Made by a program: the position numbers and the translations under genes. This document shows, piece after piece, positions 10,651-21,434 of a stretch of DNA of 64,000 bases. The stretch's first letter is position 1; every line of letters begins with the position of its first letter. The notes below the pieces were generated by a model. That model was not told the origin of the DNA. It worked only from the letters and a program-made list of their open reading frames with translations, and did not search any database. The stretch is from Tagaea sp. (GTDB lineage Bacteria > Pseudomonadota > Alphaproteobacteria > CACIAM-22H2): the NCBI GenBank assembly GCA_965279525.1, contig CBDIIB010000005.1:1216001-1280000 (forward strand). Direction: 5' to 3'.

Positions 10651-11190
10651 ATGCTCCTGATCCGACACGGCCAATCCGAATTCAATGCCGTCTATTCGCG
10701 CACGCGTGTCGATCCGGGCATCCCCGATCCGCGCCTGACCGAGCTTGGCAAGGCCCAGGCGCTGGAGGCGGCGGCCGCCCTCGCCGGCCACGGCGTGCGC
10801 CGGCTGATCGCCAGCCCCTATACGCGGGCCCTCGAAACCGCCCGGATCATCGCGGGCGAGCTCGGCCTTGCCATCAGCGTCGATCCGCTGGTCGGCGAGC
10901 GGGCGGCCTTCCACTGCGACATCGGCTCGCCGCCGGCCGAACTCCGGCGCCGCTTTCCCGATCTCGATTTCGGCCATCTCGGCGATCCGTGGTGGCACGA
11001 CCATGTCGGCCTCGGCCGCGACGAGACCGAGGACGAGATCGTCGCGCGCGGGATGCGCTTCCGCGCCCGGGCGCTCGGGCTTGCCGACCGCGGCGACGTG
11101 GCCGTGGTCACGCACTGGGGCTTCATCCGGGCGCTGACCGGTTACGAGGCGAAGAACGCCGAGATCGTGCGCCTCCAATTCGGCGATTGA
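10651..11190 (+). CDS. Histidine phosphatase (phosphoglycerate mutase family)
   Basis: LIRHGQS, ASPYTRALETA, VVTHWG. Confidence 0.88.
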   Translation: MLLIRHGQSEFNAVYSRTRVDPGIPDPRLTELGKAQALEAAAALAGHGVRRLIASPYTRALETARIIAGELGLAISVDPLVGERAAFHCDIGSPPAELRRRFPDLDFGHLGDPWWHDHVGLGRDETEDEIVARGMRFRARALGLADRGDVAVVTHWGFIRALTGYEAKNAEIVRLQFGD

Positions 11191-11252
11191 GCCGGTCCGC
11201 CGGTTCGTGTTAACCCCCGCCGGTCTTTCCTCCGACCGGAGTTGCCCGTCCC

Positions 11253-11756
11253 ATGACCGATCCCGCGAACAACGCCGCCCCAGGCCCGGTGTTCGGCGTT
11301 CTCGCCCAGTATCTCAAGGACCTGTCCTTCGAGAGCCCGCGCGCACCCGACATCTTCCTGGCGCAGGACAAGAACCCGCAGGTCGGCGCCGACGTGAAGG
11401 TCGAAGCGCGCCCGATGGGCCAGGACGTCTACGAGGTCGAACTGTCGATCGAGGCGTCCGCGCGCAGCGGCGAGGAAACCGTCTTCGTCATCGAGTGCCT
11501 CTATGCCGGCGTCTTCCAGGTCTCGGGATTGCCGCAGGAGCATCTGGGGCCGTTCCTGATGATCGAGTGCCCGCGCCTGCTGTTCCCGTTCGCGCGCAAC
11601 ATCGTGGCGGACTCCACGCGCGAGGGCGGTTTCCCGCCGCTGCTCCTCCAGCCCGTCGATTTCGTCGAGCTCTACAGGAAGCGCCTGGCCGAACGCACCG
11701 ACGCACCCGCACCTTCGGCCACGGGCCCCACGTCGAAGATCATCCTGCCGAACTGA
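11253..11756 (+). CDS. secB: Protein-export chaperone SecB
   Basis: QYLKDLSFESP, ECPRLLFPFAR, GGFPPL...PVDF. Confidence 0.96.
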   Translation: MTDPANNAAPGPVFGVLAQYLKDLSFESPRAPDIFLAQDKNPQVGADVKVEARPMGQDVYEVELSIEASARSGEETVFVIECLYAGVFQVSGLPQEHLGPFLMIECPRLLFPFARNIVADSTREGGFPPLLLQPVDFVELYRKRLAERTDAPAPSATGPTSKIILPN

Positions 11757-12437
11757 TCAGTTCAGCCAGACCGGGCTTTTGAGTTTCGCGAGCATGGCGG
11801 CATGCGCCGCGGCTTCGGCCTCGGTGGGACCGTGCGGTCGCGGCGCGCGCGCCGGCCCCTTGGGCAGCGTGGCGACGATGGGCTTGGCACCGCTGGCTTG
11901 CGCCGGTTCTGTTCCCAGCAGGCCCGCCTGCCGGCCGCCGATCAGTTCGAGATAGACCTGCGCCAGCAGGTCGGCGTCGAGAAGCGCGCCGTGCAGCGTG
12001 CGGTGCGCGTTGTCGATGCCGAAGCGCTTGCACAGCGCGTCGAGCGACGCCGGTGCGCCCGGGAACTTCTTGCGCGCCATGTGGACCGTGTCGAGCGCAC
12101 GCGCGATCGGGATCTTCGGGAAGCCCAGACGCGCGAGTTCGGCATTGATGAAGCCGACGTCGAACTCGGCATTGTGGATGACGAGCCGCGCCTCGCCGAT
12201 GAATTCGAGGAACTCCGACACGATTCCGGCGAAGACGGGGGCACCCTTCAGCTTGGCGTTGGTGATGCCGTGGATGGCCGCGGAATCGGGCGGCACGTCC
12301 ATTTCGGGATCGACAAGCGTGTGGAACTTCGCCCCTGTCGGCAGGTGATTGACCAGCTCGACGCACGCGATCTCGAGGATGCGGTGGTTCTTGGGATCGA
12401 GCCCGGTGGTTTCGGTGTCGAGGACGATTTCGCGCAT
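11757..12437 (-). CDS. dnaQ: DNA polymerase III epsilon subunit
   Basis: DTETTG, HNAEFD, HGALLDA; C-terminal theta/alpha-binding tail. Confidence 0.96.
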   Translation of the reverse strand: MREIVLDTETTGLDPKNHRILEIACVELVNHLPTGAKFHTLVDPEMDVPPDSAAIHGITNAKLKGAPVFAGIVSEFLEFIGEARLVIHNAEFDVGFINAELARLGFPKIPIARALDTVHMARKKFPGAPASLDALCKRFGIDNAHRTLHGALLDADLLAQVYLELIGGRQAGLLGTEPAQASGAKPIVATLPKGPARAPRPHGPTEAEAAAHAAMLAKLKSPVWLN

Positions 12438-13048
12438 CAGTTCTTCCGTCGGCGGGGGAGGGTGCGGGCAAGTCTCGCGGCTTTGCGAAGGGTGCGCAAG
12501 GTCGCGAGCTGGCCAAGGGCGGACACCGCGACGAGATCGGCGAGTGCACGCTTCTTGGCGTCGGGCATCTGGCGGGCAAGGATGCCGGCGAGCCTTGCGG
12601 GCGTCATGCCGGGGCGGGCAAGGGCCCGCTGGCGCTGGATCGCGGCGGAGGCCGACACGACGACGACAAGGTCGCAGTTGCGCTCGCCCATCGTCTCATA
12701 GAGCAAGGGCACGTCGAGACACACGAGCTTCGTGCGCGCGCGCATGTGGCGCGCGAGGAACGCGCGCTGGCGGCGCCAGGCAAGCGGATGGAGGATCGCC
12801 TCGAGGCGGCGCAATGCTTCGGGATCGGCGAAGACGCGTGCACCCAGCGCCGCGCGGTCGACCGCCCCGGCGCGCACCGTGCCGGGGAAAGCCGCATCGA
12901 CCGGCGCCACGCCGTCGCCGCCCTTGGCGAGAAGTGCATGGATCTCGGCGTCGGAATCGTAGACCGGAATCCGCATGCGGCGCAGTAGCCGGGCCGCGGT
13001 CGACTTGCCCATCGCGATCGAGCCGGTGAGGCCCAGCACGCGCATCAT
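12437..13048 (-). CDS. coaE: Dephospho-CoA kinase
   Basis: GLTGSIAMGKS, LEAILHP, DVPLLYE. Confidence 0.95.
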   Translation of the reverse strand: MMRVLGLTGSIAMGKSTAARLLRRMRIPVYDSDAEIHALLAKGGDGVAPVDAAFPGTVRAGAVDRAALGARVFADPEALRRLEAILHPLAWRRQRAFLARHMRARTKLVCLDVPLLYETMGERNCDLVVVVSASAAIQRQRALARPGMTPARLAGILARQMPDAKKRALADLVAVSALGQLATLRTLRKAARLARTLPRRRKN

Positions 13049-13665
13049 TCCGGAACCACGCCCTGCGCGCGCAGGAAACCCAGCAATGCCAGCAGCGGCA
13101 GCCCCAGGATCGTGAAGAAGTCGCCCTCGACGCGCGAAAAGAGCTGCGCGCCCAGCCCTTCGAGCTGGTAGGCGCCGACGGACGCGAACGCGTTCTCGCC
13201 AGCAGCATCGAGATAGCGGGCGATGAACGCGTCGTCGAGCGGGCGCATGGTCAGGCGCGCGTGCTCCACGTGATGCCAGACGCGCTGGCCGTTGCGGAAC
13301 ACGACGGCCGCCGTCGCCAGCCGGTGCGTCTTGCCCGAAAGTGCCCGCAGGTGGGCTTCAGCATGCGCGCGGTCGACGGGCTTGTCGAACCACACGCCGT
13401 TGCAGTCGAGCATCTGGTCCGAGCCGATGACGATGGCGCCTGGGTTGCGCACGGCCACGCGCCGCGCCTTGTGTTCGGCAAGCTTGATCGCGACGTCGTC
13501 CACGCCGGCACCGTCGGCGCGCATCGAGCGCTTGATCTCGTCCTCGTCCACGTGGGCGGGCTCGACCGCGAAGACGAGGCCCGCGCGTTCGAGCATCTCG
13601 CGCCGGAACCGGCTCTGCGAGGCAAGCACCACCGGCGGAGCCGCCGGGTTGAAGAGCTGCGTCAT
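13045..13665 (-). CDS. maf: Maf-family nucleotide pyrophosphatase
   Basis: LASQSRFR, GSDQ, KP, LSGKTH, GAYQLEG, ILGLPL. Confidence 0.93.
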   Translation of the reverse strand: MTQLFNPAAPPVVLASQSRFRREMLERAGLVFAVEPAHVDEDEIKRSMRADGAGVDDVAIKLAEHKARRVAVRNPGAIVIGSDQMLDCNGVWFDKPVDRAHAEAHLRALSGKTHRLATAAVVFRNGQRVWHHVEHARLTMRPLDDAFIARYLDAAGENAFASVGAYQLEGLGAQLFSRVEGDFFTILGLPLLALLGFLRAQGVVPE

Positions 13666-14504
13666 GCCGGCTTCTTCCCCGACTTCTCGCGCCGCTCCTG
13701 GACCATCGTCATGATCTGCGCGGACGTTTCCTCGATCGAACGGCGCGCCACGTCGATGACCGGCCAGCCGCGCGCGGAAAAGAAGCGGCGCGCCTCGGTC
13801 ACTTCGCTGCGCACCTTGTCGAGATCGGTATAGTCCGTCTCGCGGCTCTCGTTGAGCATGTTGAGCCGGTTGCGGCGCAGCTGCACGAGCAGGTTGGGAT
13901 CGTTGGTGAGGCCCACGAACATCGGGCCGTCTTCCTTGGCGTGCAGTTCCTCGATCTGGTCAGGCAGTGCTACGCCGGGAACGAAGGGGACGTTGGCGGC
14001 CTTGATGCCGCGATTGGCGAGATAGATGCACGTCGGCGTCTTCGACGTGCGCGACACGCCCACGAGGATGACTTCGGCTTCGTTGAGGCCGTGCGCAGCC
14101 TGGCCGTCGTCGTGGATCATCACCCAGTTGATCGCGTCGATGCGGCGGAAATAGTCGGCGTCGAGCGCGTGCTGGCGGCCGGGAAGATTGCGCGTCTTGA
14201 GACCCAGATAGTTCGTGAGTGCCCCCATCGTGGGATCGAGCACGGGGATGCACGGCATCGACAGCGCACGGCACGCGGTCTCGAGCTGGGCGCGCGTGCT
14301 CTGCTCGATGATCGTGTAGAGCACCACGCCCGGGTTCGCCGAGATGCCGGCCATCACCTTCTCGAGCTGGCGCTCGGAGCGGATCATCGACCACATGTGT
14401 TCGACCGGTTCGACGTTCTCGAACTGCACGAGACACGCGCGCACGACCGAGTTCAAGGTCTCGCCGGTCGCGTCGGAAACGAGGTGGAGATGGAAGCGCT
14501 TCAT
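13662..14504 (-). CDS. Pyruvate,water/phosphate dikinase regulatory protein (DUF299 kinase/pyrophosphorylase)
   Basis: HLVSDATGET, HDDG, GVSRTSKTP, RRSIEETS; typical oriC-flanking gene. Confidence 0.93.
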   Translation of the reverse strand: MKRFHLHLVSDATGETLNSVVRACLVQFENVEPVEHMWSMIRSERQLEKVMAGISANPGVVLYTIIEQSTRAQLETACRALSMPCIPVLDPTMGALTNYLGLKTRNLPGRQHALDADYFRRIDAINWVMIHDDGQAAHGLNEAEVILVGVSRTSKTPTCIYLANRGIKAANVPFVPGVALPDQIEELHAKEDGPMFVGLTNDPNLLVQLRRNRLNMLNESRETDYTDLDKVRSEVTEARRFFSARGWPVIDVARRSIEETSAQIMTMVQERREKSGKKPA

Positions 14505-14933
14505 CTGGGGATTGGTGTGAGTCCGGGGTACAAGTCGCTGTTCATCCACAGGGTCGAAAATCGGTCCCCAAACCGTATACACGCCAAGCGGCACTTCAGC
14601 ACAGGGCGAACCGAATCCTGCCAACCGGAAGGATAGCGGGGACAATCGTTCGATGCGGGGTTATCCCCGGAATTCAGACGCAACAATGCGCGCTATGCCG
14701 GGCGGCAGGTGCTCCGCAACTGCGGCCTTTTCCCGGTGTTCGCGGGCAGGCATCCACAGTTCCCGGCCAAGCGCTTCCCGACGGGGACGAAGCCGGGACA
14801 AGATGGATTCCCCGGCATCCACAGGCACCCATCTACCTCCACTACCTAGAAAGTATTTAGATTCTTGTTTGGTAGAGGGCGTGTCTCGCGGCTACACTCC
14901 GCCCGCTTTTCCGCCCAGAGGTGTTTTGCCTAG
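14505..14933. other. oriC: Chromosomal replication origin (oriC)
   Basis: Intergenic between DUF299 and hemE, the canonical alphaproteobacterial position. DnaA-like boxes: TCATCCACA 14542-14550, GCATCCACA 14750-14758 and 14815-14823, TTATCCCCG 14661-14669; TCCCCA W-type boxes 14506-14511(-) and 14565-14570. DnaA-trio-like CTACCTCCACTACCTAG then an AT-rich patch at about 14833-14875; four GANTC sites; genes mostly transcribed away from this point. Confidence 0.85.
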
Positions 14934-16004
14934 ATGATCCAGCCGCGTCCGTCCCCGTCCCAGGCCAAACCGTTCGTGCGCAGCCTTGCCGGCGAGATCC
15001 ACGAGCGCCCGTGCTTCTGGCTGATGCGCCAGGCCGGCCGGTACCTGCCCGAGTATCGCGCCACGCGTTCGCAGGCCAACGGCTTCGTCGATCTGTGCCT
15101 CCGGCCCGATCTTGCCTGCGAGATCACGCTGCAGCCGCTGCGGCGCTATTCGATGGATGCCGCGATCCTGTTTTCAGACATCCTGATGGTTCCCTACGGC
15201 CTCGGCCAGGGGCTCGAATTCCGCGAAGGCGAAGGCCCGGTCCTCGACGCCGTGCGCGATGCGGCCGGCATCGCGAAGCTGGAAGCGGGTCTGGCGGATT
15301 TCCAGACGCGCGTGGCGCCGGTCTACGAAACCGTATCGCGCGTCCACGCGAACCTGCCCGGCACAACGACATTGATCGGCTTTGCCGGTGCCCCCTGGAC
15401 GGTCGCGACGTACATGGTCGAAGGCGGGACCAGCAAGGATTTCGCCAACGTGCGGTTGCTGGCCTATCGCGACCGGCCGGCCTTCCGCCGGCTCATCGAC
15501 CTGCTCGTCGAGGCGACGACCGGCTACCTGCTGCGCCAGGTCGCGGCCGGTGCCGAAGCGCTGCAGATCTTCGACACGTGGGCCGGCATCCTGCCCGAGC
15601 TGGAATATGCCGAATGGGTGCTGGCACCGGTCGCCAGGATCGTGGCCGCACTCAAGGCCAAGCATCCCGAGATCCCGGTGATCTTCTTCCCGAAGGGCTC
15701 GGGGCTGCTCTACGAGAAAGCCGCCGCGATCCCGGGCGTGGCAGCGCTTGGCATCGATACGGCCGTCCCGCTGGAGTTCGCAAAGCGGCTTCAGAAGCTC
15801 GCGACCGTGCAGGGCAATCTCGATCCGATCGTGTTGACGGCCGGCGGCGAAGCGCTCGACCGGGCCGCGACGCGCATCCTCGACGCGCTCGGGTCGGGTC
15901 CGTTCGTGTTCAATCTCGGACACGGCGTCATCCCGCAGACCCCGCCGGAGAATGTGGGCCGGCTTGCCGATCTGATCCGCAGCTGGCGCGCGCGCAAGGC
16001 CTAG
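14934..16004 (+). CDS. hemE: Uroporphyrinogen decarboxylase
   Basis: WLMRQAGRYLPEYR, AILFSDIL, GFAGAPWT, FNLGHG. Confidence 0.97.
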   Translation: MIQPRPSPSQAKPFVRSLAGEIHERPCFWLMRQAGRYLPEYRATRSQANGFVDLCLRPDLACEITLQPLRRYSMDAAILFSDILMVPYGLGQGLEFREGEGPVLDAVRDAAGIAKLEAGLADFQTRVAPVYETVSRVHANLPGTTTLIGFAGAPWTVATYMVEGGTSKDFANVRLLAYRDRPAFRRLIDLLVEATTGYLLRQVAAGAEALQIFDTWAGILPELEYAEWVLAPVARIVAALKAKHPEIPVIFFPKGSGLLYEKAAAIPGVAALGIDTAVPLEFAKRLQKLATVQGNLDPIVLTAGGEALDRAATRILDALGSGPFVFNLGHGVIPQTPPENVGRLADLIRSWRARKA

Positions 16005-16016
16005 GCGCGCGACGGG

Positions 16017-17054
16017 ATGCCGAAGATCGCCGTCATCCTGTTCAATCTCGGCGGGCCCGATGCCCTCGAGTCCGTGCGGCCGTTCCTGTTCAACCTGTTC
16101 AGCGATCGCGCGATCATCGGCCTGCCGAACCCGTTGCGCTGGTTCGTCGCGCGCATGATTTCCGACCGGCGTGCCGCCAAGGCGCGCGGCATCTATGCGG
16201 CGATGGGCGGCGGCTCGCCGATCCTGCCCAACACGATGGCGCAGGCGCAGGCACTCGAGGCGAGCCTGCGCGATCTCGGTGAGGTCCGCTGTTTTCCCGC
16301 GATGCGCTACTGGCACCCGCTGACCGGCGAGGTCGTGCGCGACGTCGCCGCGTTCGCACCTGACCGCATCGTGCTGCTGCCGCTCTATCCGCAATATTCG
16401 ACGACGACCACGGCAAGCTCGAAGAAGGCATGGGACGAGGCGGTCCGGGCGAAGGGCCTGTCGGTGCCGACCGCCTTCGCGTGCTGCTATCCGCGCCAGC
16501 CCGGGTTCGTGGCCGCGATCGCCGACCTGATCGGCGCGCACTACGACGAGGCGAAGGCGCACGGCAAGCCGCGCGTGCTGTTCTCCGCCCACGGGCTGCC
16601 CAAGAAGATCGTGGCGCAGGGCGACCCCTACCAGGTGCAGGTCGAGATGACCGTCGCGTCGGTCGTGGCACGCCTCGCGATCGACGGGCTCGACCATGTC
16701 GTGTGCTACCAGAGCCGCGTGGGTCCGCTCGAATGGATCGGGCCGAGCACCGAGGAAGAGATCGCGCGCGCCGCCGCCGACAAGGTGCCCGTCGTGGTGG
16801 TGCCGGTCGCGTTCGTGTCGGAGCATTCCGAGACGCTCGTCGAACTCGATATCGAGTATCGCGAGCGCGCGGCCGAGCTGGGCGTGCCGCACTACAGCCG
16901 TGTGCCGACCGTCTCGACGCATCCCGATTTCATCCGCGGCCTCGGCGAAGTCGTGCGATCGTTCGTGCGTGGCCCGGCCCGGGCGGGCACCGGCGAAGGC
17001 GGGACGCGCCTGTGTCCGGGCGATTGCGGGAAATGCCCGCTTGCGGTTTCCTGA
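16017..17054 (+). CDS. hemH: Ferrochelatase
   Basis: NLGGP, LYPQYS, FSAHGLP, YQSRVGP, FVSEHSETL; Cys-rich C-terminus. Confidence 0.97.
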   Translation: MPKIAVILFNLGGPDALESVRPFLFNLFSDRAIIGLPNPLRWFVARMISDRRAAKARGIYAAMGGGSPILPNTMAQAQALEASLRDLGEVRCFPAMRYWHPLTGEVVRDVAAFAPDRIVLLPLYPQYSTTTTASSKKAWDEAVRAKGLSVPTAFACCYPRQPGFVAAIADLIGAHYDEAKAHGKPRVLFSAHGLPKKIVAQGDPYQVQVEMTVASVVARLAIDGLDHVVCYQSRVGPLEWIGPSTEEEIARAAADKVPVVVVPVAFVSEHSETLVELDIEYRERAAELGVPHYSRVPTVSTHPDFIRGLGEVVRSFVRGPARAGTGEGGTRLCPGDCGKCPLAVS

Positions 17055-17079
17055 CGCGAAGTGCGGGCCGGAGGAAGAA

Positions 17080-17529
17080 TTGGACGCGGTTTTCGACACG
17101 ATCAACGACTGGTACGCCTGGATCAAGTGGCTGCATGTCGTCTCGGTGATCTCGTGGATGGCGGGCCTGCTCTATCTGCCGCGCCTGTTCGTCTATCACT
17201 GCGCGGCTCTGCCGGGGTCCGACACGTCGGAGACGTTCAAGGTCATGGAGCGCCGTCTGCTGCGCGCGATCATGAACCCGGCGATGGTAGCGACATGGCT
17301 GTTCGGCGGCCTCCTGCTGGTCGTGCAGGACTGGGCGGGCGGCTGGCTGCACGCCAAGCTCGCGGCGGTGCTGGCACTTAGCTTCCACCACCACCTGCAG
17401 GCGCGCTGGCGCAAGGATTTCGCGGCCGACAAGAACCGGCATCCGGCCCGCTTCTACCGGATGCAGAACGAGGTCCCGACCGTCCTGATGGTCGTCATCG
17501 TGCTTCTGGTGATCGTAAAGCCCTTCTGA
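17080..17529 (+). CDS. hemJ: Protoporphyrinogen oxidase HemJ
   Basis: WIKWLHV...WMAGLLYLPRLFVYH, MERRL, NEVPT, VKPF; TTG start with GGAGG RBS. Confidence 0.93.
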   Translation: MDAVFDTINDWYAWIKWLHVVSVISWMAGLLYLPRLFVYHCAALPGSDTSETFKVMERRLLRAIMNPAMVATWLFGGLLLVVQDWAGGWLHAKLAAVLALSFHHHLQARWRKDFAADKNRHPARFYRMQNEVPTVLMVVIVLLVIVKPF

Positions 17530-17539
17530 ACCAAGACGA

Positions 17540-17567
17540 TTGACATCGCCCCGGGATCGGCTAGATT
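17540..17567 (+). promoter_or_regulatory. sigma70 promoter of rho
   Basis: TTGACA-N16-TAGATT, with a GCTAGA alphaproteobacterial -10. Confidence 0.65.
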
Positions 17568-17742
17568 GGCGGTCGGACGGGTGGATAGCCCGTTCTCGTG
17601 GCCGCTTTTACGTGCCGGCCGATCCTTCCCGACGACGATTTCCGAGGCTGCCCCGCGAACCGACAGACGCACGTCGTCTGGGTTTGCCCGAAAGCCCCAA
17701 GCCGGTCGCGGGCCCTTTCCCAACCCAGCCCCAGAAAAAAGA

Positions 17743-19131
<1,389 letters not shown>

Positions 19132-19132
19132 C

Positions 19133-19471
19133 ATGGCGGTGCTGCACGTCCTCGTGGCCGGGCCCTATTCGGCGCCCACGCCCGAAGGACGTGCAGCCAA
19201 CCTGCTGCGCATGAACGAAGCGGCGGTCGCTGTCGCGAAACTCGGCCATATCCCGGTGATCGGCGTCAACGCGGCCCTGCCCGTCCTCGACGCCGCCGGG
19301 CTTCCCTACTCGCACCCGTTGATGATGGAAATCTCGCTCGCTCTGGCAGGGCGCTGCGATGCGTGCCTGCACGTCGCGCGTTCGCCCGGCGCCGACCGCG
19401 AGGCGGACCTGGTCCGCGGCAAGGGCCTGCCGGTCTGGACGCGGATCGAAGACGTGCCGCCGGCTGAATAA
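19133..19471 (+). CDS. DUF4406 / nucleoside deoxyribosyltransferase-like small protein
   Basis: VAGPYS, GHIPVIG, CDACL, SPGADRE. Confidence 0.7.
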   Translation: MAVLHVLVAGPYSAPTPEGRAANLLRMNEAAVAVAKLGHIPVIGVNAALPVLDAAGLPYSHPLMMEISLALAGRCDACLHVARSPGADREADLVRGKGLPVWTRIEDVPPAE

Positions 19472-19511
19472 CGGGGTATGCTCGCTCCGGTTACGGGCCG
19501 GGGCGCGGGTA

Positions 19512-21431
19512 ATGGCTGACAGCGACGGCGAGTTCTATCGGCGGATTTTCGACTCCGCCCGCATCGGGATCTACGAGACGAGCGGCGACGGCGCGCTGTT
19601 GCGCGCCAACGAATATCTTGCCCACATGTTCGGCTATCCCGACGCGCAGACGATGCGCGCGGAGCCGGGCCATGTCGGCGACCGTTTCTATGCAAGGCGC
19701 ATCGACCGCGACCGCTTCGCCGCCAAGCTGCGTGCCGAGGGCGTGGTTTCCGAATTCGTCAGCGAAGGCAAGCGGCCGGACGGCAAGCGCGTCTGGTTCA
19801 GCCAGACGGCCGTGCGCGAGGTCGGCGCCGACGGGCGCGAGCGGTTCCTCGGCACGATGGTCGATGTCACGGCGCTGATCGAGGCGCAGGACCGCGCGTT
19901 CGAGGCCGAGGTCGCCTACCGTTCGATCTTCGAGAATTCGAGCCTGGGGCTCTACCGCTCCTCGCCCGACGGCCGGCAGCTGCGCGCCAACCCCGCACTG
20001 GTCCGGTTCAACGGCTATACGAGCGAAGACGAGCTGCTGGCTTCGGTCACCGACATCGCGCGGGAATGGTATGTCGACCCGAACCGGCGGCAGGAGTTCC
20101 GCGACCAGATCGAGCGGGACGGCCGCGTCACCAACTTCGTCGCCGAGGTCTACCGCCACCGCACGCGCGAGCGCGTGTGGGTCTCGGAGAACGGCTGGAT
20201 CGTGCGCCGGCCCGACGGCAGCGTGCTCTGCTACGAGGGCACGATCGAGGACATCACCGAACGGCACCTCGCCGAGGTCGGTCTCGCGAAAGCCAAGCGG
20301 GCGGCCGAACAGGCCGAGGCGGACTACCGCTCGATGTTCGACAACGCCGATTTCGGCATCTATCGCACGCGCCCCGACGGCATCCAGCTGCGTTCGAACC
20401 TGGCGCTCGCGCGCATCAACGGGTTCTCGAGCGAGGCCGAACAGCTCGAGGCGGTGGAGAAGGCGAAGGTCTCGGGCAAGGGCTGGTACGTCGTTCCCGG
20501 CCGCCGGATCGAATACCAGCGCCTGCTGCATCACGACGGCTACGTGAAGAACTTCGAATCCGAAGTGATACGGCGCGCGACGGGCGAGCGCGCCTGGGTC
20601 AGCGAGAACGGCTGGCTGGTGCGCGATCCCGACGGCAACGTCCTCGCCTACGAAGGCACCGTTACCGACATCACCGAACGCAAGCGCGCGGAAACCGAGC
20701 TCTACGAAGCGAAGTCGGCCGCCGAGGCTGCGTCGGCGGCGAAAAGCGCGTTCCTCGCGGTGATGAGCCACGAACTGCGCACGCCGCTCAACGCGATCAT
20801 CGGCTTCGCCGAGATCATCGAGAACCGCCTGTTCGGACCCGACGACGCGCGCTATTTCGAGTATGCCGCCGACATCCGCAACAGCGGCACGCACCTGCTG
20901 AACCTGATCAACGACATTCTCGATCTGTCCAAGATCGCCGCCGGAAGGCTCGACCTGGTGGAGGTGCCGGTCAACATGGAGTCGCTTGCCGGCGCGACGA
21001 TCAAGCTGTTCGCGGCCAGTGCGACGAAGGCCGGGCTGACGATCGTCGCCGACATCGCGGACCCGGCGATGCGCGTGCGCGGCGACTCGCTGCGCCTGCA
21101 GCAGGTGCTGATGAACCTCCTGTCGAACGCGATCAAGTTCACGCTGCCCGGCGGGCGCGTGCGCGTTTTCGCGCGCCGGGACGCCGACGCGATCCGCTTC
21201 GGCGTGGCGGATACGGGTGTGGGCATGACGCCAGCCGAAACCCGCGCCGCGATGGAGCCGTTCGTCCAGCTCGACTCGCGCCTGGCGCGCCGGCACGAGG
21301 GTACCGGCCTCGGCCTGTCGATCAGCAAGGAGCTGGTGGAACTCCACGGCGGCGAGCTTTCCATCGCCAGCGTGAAGGGCGAAGGCACGACCGTGACGGC
21401 CGTGTTGCCGCTGTCGCGGGTGGCAGACTGA
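19512..21431 (+). CDS. Cytoplasmic sensor histidine kinase with three PAS/PAC domains (PleC/DivJ-like kinase core)
   Basis: Three repeats of IF..A..GIY...DG..LR.N...DITER; MSHELRTPLNAIIGFAEI, NLLSNAIKFT, DTGVG, GTGLGL; no TM segment or receiver. Confidence 0.92.
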   Translation: MADSDGEFYRRIFDSARIGIYETSGDGALLRANEYLAHMFGYPDAQTMRAEPGHVGDRFYARRIDRDRFAAKLRAEGVVSEFVSEGKRPDGKRVWFSQTAVREVGADGRERFLGTMVDVTALIEAQDRAFEAEVAYRSIFENSSLGLYRSSPDGRQLRANPALVRFNGYTSEDELLASVTDIAREWYVDPNRRQEFRDQIERDGRVTNFVAEVYRHRTRERVWVSENGWIVRRPDGSVLCYEGTIEDITERHLAEVGLAKAKRAAEQAEADYRSMFDNADFGIYRTRPDGIQLRSNLALARINGFSSEAEQLEAVEKAKVSGKGWYVVPGRRIEYQRLLHHDGYVKNFESEVIRRATGERAWVSENGWLVRDPDGNVLAYEGTVTDITERKRAETELYEAKSAAEAASAAKSAFLAVMSHELRTPLNAIIGFAEIIENRLFGPDDARYFEYAADIRNSGTHLLNLINDILDLSKIAAGRLDLVEVPVNMESLAGATIKLFAASATKAGLTIVADIADPAMRVRGDSLRLQQVLMNLLSNAIKFTLPGGRVRVFARRDADAIRFGVADTGVGMTPAETRAAMEPFVQLDSRLARRHEGTGLGLSISKELVELHGGELSIASVKGEGTTVTAVLPLSRVAD

Positions 21432-21434
21432 CGG

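Noticed and set aside
15174-17126. Long antisense ORFs (also 17608-19134, 19491-21347, 27027-29018, 38778-41126, 52403-54472)
   Set aside because: Shadow ORFs opposite well-conserved genes, expected from GC3 bias; no recognisable motifs
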